This document shows positions 1 through 7,811 of a stretch of DNA of 12,249 nucleotides, in pieces. Source of the DNA: Planctomycetota bacterium (GTDB lineage Bacteria; Planctomycetota; B15-G4); the NCBI GenBank assembly GCA_965248575.1, contig CBDFJQ010000001.1, forward strand, positions 1 through 12,249. Reading direction: 5' to 3'. Made by a program: the position numbers and the translations under genes. Each line of letters opens with the position of its first letter. Within the stretch, counting starts at the first letter, position 1. The notes under the pieces are model-generated. The model searched no databases. It worked only from the letters and a program-made list of their open reading frames with translations, and was not told the DNA's origin.

Positions 1-1
1 A

Positions 2-643
2 AGGCCGCGCGCCAACGCGTATCTCAGCATCGACGGCTCTCTTCCCGAATCAGAAATGGTGGAACGATACGGTTTTCATGAAGGGAAGCTGAGCGTTGGT
101 ACGGACATCGGAGCCGATGCAAAGCAGCTGGAGATACTTCGGGATGCTCTGTTGAAGAACGCGGCGTACCCGGCACTGATGATCGACGCAGGCAATCGCT
201 GGACACCAGAGCAGGCAATATCAAGCATTATCGAGCTCGAAAAAGAACTCGACCTGACGTGGGTGCAATGCAAGGACAGTGCATGGAGCAAGAATGAACT
301 CCGGCAGATATCGGATAGCATCTCTGCTGCCGTCTGCACAGGCAGTTTTTCCGCGAGCAACCCGCACGCTGCAGATATTATTGAACTGGATCTGCTTGCG
401 ACCGGCATCACGGAGACATTGCAGATCGCAGATGCAGCTTACGGCTTCGAACTGCCGGTAACGCTCAGCGCAACGCCGGGCAACATTGCCGCACATGTTG
501 CTTCCGCAATGCCGAATTTCATGAGCATGGAGATTCTGGACTGGACGCTTTCGGACGCGATGGAGTGCGACGTGGTAATCGAAAACGGAAATGCCTGTGT
601 CGGCGACAAGCCAGGCCTGGGTCTGGCAGGAGCTGTCGAATGA
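2..643 (+). CDS. Mandelate racemase/muconate lactonizing enzyme (enolase superfamily) homologue, 5'-truncated, degenerate active site
   Basis: The frame is open from position 2 (RPRANAYLSIDG...), so the ATG at 56 is probably internal. It is collinear with the barrel domain of the next gene: GKLSVG/GKLKVG, LMIDAG/LMIDAN, AAVCTG/AAVATG, NIAAHVASAMPN/NFMAHVAAALPN, GDKPGLG/GDSPGLG. The TGA at 641-643 overlaps the next ATG (ATGA). Confidence 0.85.
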   Translation, partial: RPRANAYLSIDGSLPESEMVERYGFHEGKLSVGTDIGADAKQLEILRDALLKNAAYPALMIDAGNRWTPEQAISSIIELEKELDLTWVQCKDSAWSKNELRQISDSISAAVCTGSFSASNPHAADIIELDLLATGITETLQIADAAYGFELPVTLSATPGNIAAHVASAMPNFMSMEILDWTLSDAMECDVVIENGNACVGDKPGLGLAGAVE

Positions 644-1816
644 AGATCACCGGCTTTCGCCACGAGACCTACCTGATGAAGATGGACCGCATCATCTCCG
701 ACTGCAATCAGCCCGCGGGCGTCGAACTACTGCCCGGTTCCATCTTGTTCATCGAAACGGACAACGGCATTACAGGCACAGGATTCGGTTTCGGGGGCGA
801 AGCGATTGCTGGCCTGTTTTCCGTCATCGAGGGGCATGATCCGCGTGAGACGCTGGGACTATGGATGAGAATGAATGACGCCATCCACAAGGGCGGCAAC
901 GAAGGCGCAGCGAACGCCGCACTGAGCATCATCGATCTCGCTCTATGGGACCTGAAAGCGAAAATCGCGGATGAGCCGATGTGGCGAACGCTCGGCGCCG
1001 CGGAAGGACGCGTCAAAGCCTATGCGAGCGGGCTGGATTATTGCCTGTCAGACGAAGAGTTGTTCGCTTTTTACCGCCGCATGGCTGAAATGGGCATCGA
1101 TGGCGGCAAATTGAAGGTTGGCCTGGATCTCAAAGCAGATATGCGTCGTATTGGCATCATGCGCGACGCCTTGAGTGTGGCCAGCGACGATCCTGTATTG
1201 ATGATCGATGCAAACGAGTACTGGTCGGCAAAGCAGGCTGTGCGGCTCGTGCGTCAGATGGAAAAGGAATATGACATAGCCTGGGTGGAAGAGCCTGCAA
1301 GGCGTTGGGACTACGATGGCCTCAGAAAGGTGTCGCAGCATGTTTTGGCGGCCGTGGCGACCGGCGAGAACCTGAACAGCCTGGCCGAGTTCTATCCTTT
1401 AGTCGCGAACGGGGCCGTGGACGTGCTAAACGTCCACTACGGGTCATTCGGGTGTGACAGGCTGCCGCCAGATTGCAAATCTCGCGCTGGTCTTCGATTT
1501 ACCAGTGTCGATGATGAATGCGCAGGCAAATTTTATGGCGCATGTCGCAGCCGCATTACCTAACCACTCGGCCATGGAGGTCGTAGATCCTGGAAGAGAA
1601 CACTGTTTGAAGTTCGACAGCCACATTGAAGACGGCTTTATTGTTCTGGGAGACTCACCAGGACTCGGCATCGATGTCGATGAAAAAATACTGGCAGATT
1701 TGCAGGAAAATCCGCCAACCGGAAAAGGTACGTTCCCCTTGTCGAGGCGCGCAGGTGCGGGAAGATATATCGTGCCACCCGAAGCCGATGAGGTACCGTG
1801 GAGAATGGGAAACTAG
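640..1816 (+). CDS. Mandelate racemase/muconate lactonizing enzyme family protein (one +1 frameshift near 1434-1438)
   Basis: Starts MKITGFRHETY at ATG 640 (ATGA overlap). Motifs: IDLALWDLKAK, KLKVG, IDANE, WVEEP, TGEN. The supplied ORFs 565..1563 and 1454..1816 join if one base is removed at aac gtc c act acg ggt cat tcg ggt gtg, restoring ...SGVTGCRQIANLA...MEVVD...SPGLGID. Confidence 0.9.
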
Positions 1817-1817
1817 A

Positions 1818-2693
1818 CTAATTGTGCAGCGCCAGCCCGTCGGTACCAACATCGATAATTCGTACCGTGCCGGTTTCAACCTCTGTTACGTATATCCTTT
1901 CCTCTCCGTCCTTACCAAATACGAGGTTCGTCGGAAAGGTGCCGCCTGCCTCGTACCGTTTTGCAACAGCACCATCATGATCGAGAACTGTTACATCGCC
2001 TTGGCCAAATACCGCGATATATAGATTGCCGTCCTTGCCAAACTTCATGCCGTCCGGTCCCTTGATTCCCTCGGGCGCATCGGGATTGATAGCGTTCCCG
2101 AATACCCGTTTTTCGCCCGTATGTGATCCATTCTCGAACGGATACCTGAATATCGTGCCAGTCAGCGTTTCGGCAACATACAAATGTCCATCACTGTCGA
2201 AAGCGAGCCCGTTTGTAAAACGAATGCCGTTGTCGATGCGTTCAACTGCTCCGGTCCCGGGATCAATCTTGTACACCCGGCCGTCATACGTCAGATTCTC
2301 CCAATCCGGATTGAGCTCCCCGCCGGGCGCGAATTCCTCCATAGCGATCCCCGAATCCGTTAGATAGACAAATCCATCGGGACCGAACGCAAGGTCGTTG
2401 AGGAACAGGAATTTCTCGCCGTCGTAGTCCGTCGCAATCGTTTCGTAACTGCCGTCAAGGCTCAATTTGAGCAGGGCGCGTTGGGCAGTTTCCGCAACCC
2501 AGACGAAGCCATTTCGGTCCTGTGCCAGACCATTCGGCCTGCCAGTCTTCGCGACAATTCGCCTCGACGCGCCGTCCTTGCTGATCCATGTTACCCATCC
2601 TTTGTCCGGGTCCATCTCGACAAACAGAAAGTTTTCATCCGGCAACAATACCGGTGCTTCGGGGAAACCAAGATCACTCGCAAATATTTTCAT
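1818..2693 (-). CDS. SMP-30/gluconolactonase/LRE family protein (6-bladed beta-propeller lactonase)
   Basis: Family motifs FPEAP, GRPNGLA, FLNDLAFGPDGFVYLTDS, FTNGLAF, PDGMKFGKDGNLYIA, PTNLVFG. 291 aa with no signal peptide. Confidence 0.93.
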   Translation of the reverse strand: MKIFASDLGFPEAPVLLPDENFLFVEMDPDKGWVTWISKDGASRRIVAKTGRPNGLAQDRNGFVWVAETAQRALLKLSLDGSYETIATDYDGEKFLFLNDLAFGPDGFVYLTDSGIAMEEFAPGGELNPDWENLTYDGRVYKIDPGTGAVERIDNGIRFTNGLAFDSDGHLYVAETLTGTIFRYPFENGSHTGEKRVFGNAINPDAPEGIKGPDGMKFGKDGNLYIAVFGQGDVTVLDHDGAVAKRYEAGGTFPTNLVFGKDGEERIYVTEVETGTVRIIDVGTDGLALHN

Positions 2694-2713
2694 GGCTGAA
2701 ACCTGCTCTCATG

Positions 2714-3814
2714 TTAGCTGACGCGAAATTCGTCAATGGCCTTTTGTGTAAAGTCGGTCGATGCGCCGGGCTCTGTAGTCGTCTTGCAAAATCCGGATTC
2801 GAGTTCAATCTGATGAACAAATGGTCCCGTCTCCCATATTGGTATTACCTCCAGGAACCAGCTATTCGGTATCGCCTTGACCATGTGCTGGTGGACCTGC
2901 ATCAGGTCCCCTGCGTGCGGACAAACCCTTAGGTTAAATGCGTTCGCCAACGCCGCAACCTCCAGCCATGGCGTAATGCCACCGATTCTGCATACATCGA
3001 CCTGAATAACGTCGACCGCCGATTGCTCAATGTAATCCCTGAATGCCTGGGCCGTGTACACATGTTCGCCGAGCGCGACCGGTATCGATGTTCTGTCTTT
3101 CAGTATTTTGTGCGACCGTACGTCGTCGGGATGCAGCGGCTCTTCGATCCAGCTCAGATCCAGGTCTTCAAGCATCTTCGTCGCACGGCTTGCCTGGTAA
3201 AGATCCCATTTCTGGTTGGCGTCGACCATGAGGATGATGTCATCGCCGATCTCTGTCCGCACTGCTTCGACTCGACAACGATCTTCTTTTGAATCCTCCA
3301 GCCCCACCTTCATTTTTAGTGCTTTATATCCCTGCTGGACAAGCTCCCGGGCTTCTTCGACCAGTTGTTCGACCGAGTAATTCAACCAGCCGGCATGCGT
3401 ATTGTAGATCGGGATGTCGGCTGATCTTCCGCCACCCAGCACTTGCCAAAGAGGCTTACCTGAGGATTTTGCGACTATGTCCCAAAGTGCGATATCAACC
3501 GCCGACTGTGCCATCGTGGTCGCACCGGCGCGGCCAATCCAGTGTGACTTTCCATAGTAGAGTTGCTGCCAGATCTCGCGAACATTGAACGGATCTTTGC
3601 CGATCAAGTCGTCGATAAAAAGCGTATCGATGGCGTTCTGAATGACACTGCCGCCGTAACCAACTGTTACGGTGTAGCCCGTCCCTTTTATTCCTTCATC
3701 GGTGTCGATTGTCAGCCCGACGAATTCGAGATGCGTCACGGACTGCATGCTATCGGCGATATTTTTGCCGATCGGTACGTTGAGCAAAAAGCTTTCGGTA
3801 CCGGTAATTTTCAT
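2714..3814 (-). CDS. Mandelate racemase-subgroup enzyme, probable acid-sugar dehydratase
   Basis: VDIALWDI, KMKVG (KxK), metal ligands in VDANQ / WIEEP / LGE, His-Asp dyad positions QVD and CPH, and LEVI. Intact 366 aa. Confidence 0.93.
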   Translation of the reverse strand: MKITGTESFLLNVPIGKNIADSMQSVTHLEFVGLTIDTDEGIKGTGYTVTVGYGGSVIQNAIDTLFIDDLIGKDPFNVREIWQQLYYGKSHWIGRAGATTMAQSAVDIALWDIVAKSSGKPLWQVLGGGRSADIPIYNTHAGWLNYSVEQLVEEARELVQQGYKALKMKVGLEDSKEDRCRVEAVRTEIGDDIILMVDANQKWDLYQASRATKMLEDLDLSWIEEPLHPDDVRSHKILKDRTSIPVALGEHVYTAQAFRDYIEQSAVDVIQVDVCRIGGITPWLEVAALANAFNLRVCPHAGDLMQVHQHMVKAIPNSWFLEVIPIWETGPFVHQIELESGFCKTTTEPGASTDFTQKAIDEFRVS

Positions 3815-3823
3815 GTCACAGGA

Positions 3824-4285
3824 CTAGCGGTCTATTGTTGGCGGCGTCATCGCGTACCCAAGACCTTCGTAGTCGAAGTCGCCGAGTTCGTGTGTACGGA
3901 CCGGGTCACTGTGCGCAGGGCTCGCGTAGTAAGCACGAATCTCCTGGATAAGGCCGGCAGGCGAAAATATGTACCATTCATCGCCGCGCAAATGGCAGCC
4001 CTTGTTCGGCTTGAAGTGAGTCCATTCGATGACGGCTTCGAGCTTTGCTGCATCGACGATGATTCGGTCGATCGTCCATATCGATCCAAGCGTATTTACA
4101 GCGGCTATCCAGCCGTCGGCAATTGCTTCTGCTCCCGCGAATGTTCCCTGCGGTGCTTCGGCAGGAAAGTAATGCACACCATCGGGCTCAAAACAATTAA
4201 TCATTTTCTCCCGATCAGCCTCGTTGCATCCGTCGAAATACTCCCTGATGGTGGCCTCAAGACCCTGAGCCGTGACATCGCGCAT
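3824..4285 (-). CDS. SnoaL-like / nuclear transport factor 2 family protein
   Basis: 153 aa with the pattern IREYFDGCN..D...MINCFEPDGVHY...GAEAI...EAVIEWT...RGDEWYIF...GLIQEIRAYY. SD AAGGAG on the minus strand at 4295-4300. Confidence 0.85.
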   Translation of the reverse strand: MRDVTAQGLEATIREYFDGCNEADREKMINCFEPDGVHYFPAEAPQGTFAGAEAIADGWIAAVNTLGSIWTIDRIIVDAAKLEAVIEWTHFKPNKGCHLRGDEWYIFSPAGLIQEIRAYYASPAHSDPVRTHELGDFDYEGLGYAMTPPTIDR

Positions 4286-4300
4286 GATTTCAGTCTCCTT

Positions 4301-5128
4301 TTAATTTCCGATGTTTTTTGAGTACGGAGTACCTTCAATATCCAGTGTCACATTGCCGAGACCGGCGATTCGTCCCCGCGTCTGGCGGTGTCCGGCAATC
4401 CGAAAAGAGCGGAGACATGTCCCGGGCAGCACCACGTGGCCGGCCTCGAGAACGATACCAAAATCGGCAAGCTTGTTCCCCAGCCAGACGATGCCATTGG
4501 CAGGGTGTCCGAGTATTGCGCTCGTGTTGCCGGACTCCACGATAGTTCCATCGACCTCGAGTACAGTCTCGAGATTGTCGAGCGCCAGCGCATCGGGGCT
4601 GGTCTTGCGCGCTCCGAGCGCAAACCGCGACGAGGATCCGTTATCTGCAACGGTATCCGGCAGCTTGATGCGCCAGTTCGTGATCCGGGAATCGATCACT
4701 TCGAAACAGGTGACGATGTATTCGGTAGCCTCAATGACATCATCAATAGTCAGGCCGGGCCCGGCCAGGTCTTTGCCGAGAACGAACCCCGGCTCGACTT
4801 CAACCTGAGGATCGATGAGTCGTCCCAAGTCCAGTGGATCACTCTCATCCTGATACATGCTATCCAGAAGATGCCCATAGTCCGGTTCATTGACGCCGAA
4901 CTTTTCCTGCATGGGTTTTCCCGTCAGCCCGATTTTGTGGCCGATGACTTTCTCGCCGCCAGCCAATCGACGCTCTATATTGAGTTGCTGAATTTTGTAG
5001 GCATCCTCGAGCGTCAGGTCCGGACAGGAGTCAGTCAGCGGTTCGATCGATCGACGCTCGAATTCCGCGTCAAACAGATTATTGGCCAATTGTGCAAGAT
5101 CGTCTGCCCGAGTGGAGTCTCGATTCAC
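4301..5128 (-). CDS. 2-keto-4-pentenoate / 2-oxo-hept-3-enedioate hydratase-like protein (MhpD/HpaH type, FAH superfamily)
   Basis: Motifs LEDAYKIQ, GHKIGLT, EPDYGHL, PQVEVE, EVIDSRI, DTVADNGSS, LGHPANGIVWL, GHVVLPG. The GTG start overlaps the upstream TGA (GTGA, 5125-5128). Confidence 0.92.
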   Translation of the reverse strand: MNRDSTRADDLAQLANNLFDAEFERRSIEPLTDSCPDLTLEDAYKIQQLNIERRLAGGEKVIGHKIGLTGKPMQEKFGVNEPDYGHLLDSMYQDESDPLDLGRLIDPQVEVEPGFVLGKDLAGPGLTIDDVIEATEYIVTCFEVIDSRITNWRIKLPDTVADNGSSSRFALGARKTSPDALALDNLETVLEVDGTIVESGNTSAILGHPANGIVWLGNKLADFGIVLEAGHVVLPGTCLRSFRIAGHRQTRGRIAGLGNVTLDIEGTPYSKNIGN

Positions 5129-6003
5129 TCGACTTCCTTTACTTGCCTTAATTCGCCACGAATATGATCCTGCAAACTTCCCCGGGCTGCAGTGACGACC
5201 GATCGAGCACCGCTCGCCATCATCCGGCCGTCAAAACTGACACATTGCAAAGAGAATCCGCGGCTCTGCCAGGCACCGACTGTAGCCGGGTCGTCAATAT
5301 AGATGCCGACGCCCAGATCTGCCGGCACGGCTTTGGCTACCCGCTCGGCGGCAGCAATAACCTCTTCACTTCCAGGTGGCACATCCAGTGACAATGCCAG
5401 GTCGTACGGTCCGACAAATATTGCGTCGATTCCCGGCACGGCGGCAATTTCACCGACGCGATCGATTGCATCCCGCCCTTCGATTTGCACCACGACATAG
5501 GTCGCTGCATCGAGAGCGTCAAGCGGTAACTCGATCGAGTCGAACTTCGTTAAAGGGGAAAAGCCCCGTTTGCCGAGTGGCGCGAATCGGGCCTGCTCGA
5601 CTACTTCACGGGCGCGTTCTGGCGTGCCCACGTGCGGGACCATGATGCCGTGTGCACCCATATCCAGGATCTTGCCAATGAGCCCTGCATCCTTACCCCA
5701 GGGACGCACGAGCATTGGAATGCCGGCTGCGCGGCCGGAATTGAGCAATGCCTCGAGCCTGCCAAAATCGACGGGAGAATGTTCCATGTCGAGCACCGCG
5801 AATTCGAAGCCTGCCACCGCGACTATGGTCAATGTGGACGGATCGGGAATATCGATAACGAACGTGCCGAGCGCCAGACCGCTACGCACTTGTTGACGCA
5901 ATTTCTCACCAAGCAACATCGACGCCGACACAAAATCGGCGCCCGCGCCTTCGACGAAAGACGGGTTTTGCCACGTTTTTGCGGAGTCTGACTTCTCGCT
6001 CAT
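5125..6003 (-). CDS. HpcH/HpaI family class II pyruvate aldolase
   Basis: Motifs AGFEFAVLDMEHS, LVRP, KILDMGAHGIMVPHV, RFAPLGKRG, VQIE, VPGIDAIFVGPYDL; the catalytic Arg/His and metal-binding Glu/Asp positions appear present. The exact start is uncertain because there is an N-terminal extension of about 30 aa. Confidence 0.92.
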   Translation of the reverse strand: MSEKSDSAKTWQNPSFVEGAGADFVSASMLLGEKLRQQVRSGLALGTFVIDIPDPSTLTIVAVAGFEFAVLDMEHSPVDFGRLEALLNSGRAAGIPMLVRPWGKDAGLIGKILDMGAHGIMVPHVGTPERAREVVEQARFAPLGKRGFSPLTKFDSIELPLDALDAATYVVVQIEGRDAIDRVGEIAAVPGIDAIFVGPYDLALSLDVPPGSEEVIAAAERVAKAVPADLGVGIYIDDPATVGAWQSRGFSLQCVSFDGRMMASGARSVVTAARGSLQDHIRGELRQVKEVE

Positions 6004-6065
6004 CGATCAGTCTGCCTGTGTCTCGTTGGGCTTATACATTCTTCTCTGGATCACCCCAGGAAACG

Positions 6066-6095
6066 AGGCTAACATGCTAGCTCAAGGCTGGTCAA
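6066..6095 (-). promoter_or_regulatory. Putative sigma70-type promoter for the leftward operon
   Basis: Minus strand TTGACC (6095-6090), 18-nt spacer, TAGCCT (6071-6066). Confidence 0.45.
6069..6080. promoter_or_regulatory. Putative operator palindrome, copy 1 (CTAACATGCTAG)
   Basis: One mismatch from the perfect palindrome CTAACATGTTAG. It overlaps the spacer and -10 of the leftward promoter, and a second copy lies at 6177-6188. Confidence 0.5.
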
Positions 6096-6166
6096 AGTTT
6101 CACATGATCGAATTCTTACACACTTGGCCCGACTCTGAGCATGAGCGCCATTGCTATGGGGGAACA

Positions 6167-6195
6167 TAGACAGGCACTGACATGTTAGATACCAT
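6167..6195 (+). promoter_or_regulatory. Putative sigma70-type promoter for the rightward operon
   Basis: TAGACA (6167-6172), 17-nt spacer, TACCAT (6190-6195). GGAG at 6229-6232 precedes ATG 6243. Confidence 0.5.
6177..6188. promoter_or_regulatory. Putative operator palindrome, copy 2 (CTGACATGTTAG)
   Basis: One mismatch from CTAACATGTTAG. It lies entirely within the -35/-10 spacer of the rightward promoter. Confidence 0.5.
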
Positions 6196-6242
6196 GCTCC
6201 CAAACAGGTCAATGTCGCGAATGACCGTGGAGCGATAAGCAA

Positions 6243-7811
6243 ATGAGCCCCATCAGCAAGGCCACCGCAGGACTGGCATGCATTGTGTTTGTCAGCCAGG
6301 CCGCCGCCGATCCCACCGTTTTGTCAACTGAAGCGCTCGGACCATTCGTCGGGGGTGGCGCCGCATTGCACCCCGACAACGAGGCGCCCGAACTAATTGC
6401 CTACTACGGCACCGATCTGGGCTTCAGCTACGAACACGGTGGACAGCTACATTTTCTATTCGGGGATACCTGGGCGACCGAAGCCTATGCACCGATCGAA
6501 GCATCCACAGGATCCCGGTTTGACGATAGCTTCGGCTCGATCGCGGTGGGCGAATGGCCGGACCCCGCAACAATGAGCAAGAACAACATGCCGGTTCTCA
6601 AGCTCGGCCAAAATCCCGGAACCTCGGAGGCGTCGGCGATGAACCCGGGACACGCGATGGATCTCGGCAAGACGCCGATGGCCGGATTTTCGAATGGCAG
6701 CCGGGAATTCGCCATATTCAATATCACCAAACCGCAGGGCTGCCGATCCGACGATGACTGCGGCAGCGATCTCTCCTGCGACGCCGGCTTGGGGTACGTT
6801 GGCACATTGTTCTCTGTCGAAGAGAGCCTGACAATTGCATGCGTCAGTGGCGACTTCTGTCACGCCGACACCATGGTCGATGGCGAGGGAGCTGCCGTCG
6901 CCAGCAGCGGATTCTGTGTCGATCGAACGAGCACTGTGTGGGCCGATACACCTGCCGGCCGGATAAGCGCCGCCGGCATCAGGCAACGGGTGAGCCTTCG
7001 CAGTACGGAGAACCCAAAGGACTATTCCCTTGTACACGAGTGGCTGACGAACAAGTTTCTCAATGTGACAGCAACGATGGAAAACAACGATCGCGTTCTT
7101 CTGTGGGGCAGGCCCGGGTTCGTGGGCGTAAAGGAGACGGAACGCTCACTGGGTCTGTACTTCGCCTATGTCGATCTGAACAAGGGACCCGACTTCGAGT
7201 GGAACATCAACTACTACACCGGCACCGAGATGGGTATGCCGCGGTACAGCCAGGATGAAAAAGACGCCATGCCCCTCGATCTCGATTCATCGAGCGAGGG
7301 AATTCAGCCCGTCGAGCATCATGACGTCGTTCATCAAATGAGCGTCGAGTGGATTCCACAATTGAACAAGTGGCTCATGCTTTACGGCGGCAGCGTCACG
7401 ACGCTGCCGTCACCGCCTTTGCCGGAGTGCGGCGTGCTGCAATTGTTCGCCAATGCCGAATGCAAGCAGGTCGATCTGGGCAATGGCGGGATTCGTATGC
7501 GCACTACCGATCATCCCTGGGGCCCCTGGTCACCGCCGCAGGATGTCATTGCCGGTGGCGATCCGGATGTTCCCGGCTCGGGACAGTACGGCGTCGGCGG
7601 CATGCTGAACCATCCGGCATGCAATATCGAGGGCTGCGCTCCGCATACACAGACGGCCTATTATCACGACAACGAGTACGGCTTCTTTTATAGCGCAAAT
7701 ATCATAGTCCCGTGGACCACGACCAAAGACGGCAGCGTCGAAGTTCTCTGGAACGCCTCGACCTGGGATCCCTATCGTGTCGTGCTACTGCGAACAAGGT
7801 TAGAGCCGTGA
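6243..7811 (+). CDS. Exported Cys-rich DUF4185-like (GH183-like) putative glycoside hydrolase, paralogue A
   Basis: Sec-type signal peptide MSPISKATAGLACIVFVSQAAA|D. DUF4185-type motifs GTDLG...LFGDT, KWLMLY, PWGPWS, FY and STWDPYRVVL. Ten Cys in the mature chain. The CDS itself is secure; the family call is from motif recall. Confidence 0.75.
   Translation: MSPISKATAGLACIVFVSQAAADPTVLSTEALGPFVGGGAALHPDNEAPELIAYYGTDLGFSYEHGGQLHFLFGDTWATEAYAPIEASTGSRFDDSFGSIAVGEWPDPATMSKNNMPVLKLGQNPGTSEASAMNPGHAMDLGKTPMAGFSNGSREFAIFNITKPQGCRSDDDCGSDLSCDAGLGYVGTLFSVEESLTIACVSGDFCHADTMVDGEGAAVASSGFCVDRTSTVWADTPAGRISAAGIRQRVSLRSTENPKDYSLVHEWLTNKFLNVTATMENNDRVLLWGRPGFVGVKETERSLGLYFAYVDLNKGPDFEWNINYYTGTEMGMPRYSQDEKDAMPLDLDSSSEGIQPVEHHDVVHQMSVEWIPQLNKWLMLYGGSVTTLPSPPLPECGVLQLFANAECKQVDLGNGGIRMRTTDHPWGPWSPPQDVIAGGDPDVPGSGQYGVGGMLNHPACNIEGCAPHTQTAYYHDNEYGFFYSANIIVPWTTTKDGSVEVLWNASTWDPYRVVLLRTRLEP
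6401..6421 (+). repeat. 21-bp exact repeat shared by the two DUF4185-like paralogues (second copy 7960-7980)
   Basis: CTACTACGGCACCGATCTGGG encodes YYGTDLG in both genes. Confidence 0.9.
7747..7774 (+). repeat. 28-bp exact repeat shared by the two DUF4185-like paralogues (second copy 9308-9335)
   Basis: TCTGGAACGCCTCGACCTGGGATCCCTA encodes WNASTWDPY in both genes. Confidence 0.9.

Noticed and set aside
565..639. N-terminal extension of ORF 565..1563 (MRRGNRKRKC...)
   Set aside because: It overlaps gene 1 in another frame. The family-typical start MKITG is at 640 with an ATGA overlap.
3563..5167. Long + strand ORFs 3563..4321 and 4388..5167
   Set aside because: They are antisense shadows of well-supported minus-strand genes and have no recognisable motifs.
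4301..6003. Assigning mhpD/hpaH and hpaI symbols and a complete aromatic meta-cleavage pathway
   Set aside because: Family membership is clear, but no ring-cleavage dioxygenase, semialdehyde dehydrogenase or hydrolase is in the window. Orthology is not established.
6154..6169. Small inverted repeat CTATG-N6-CATAG
   Set aside because: It has only a 5-bp AT-rich stem and no U-tract, so it is within chance expectation.
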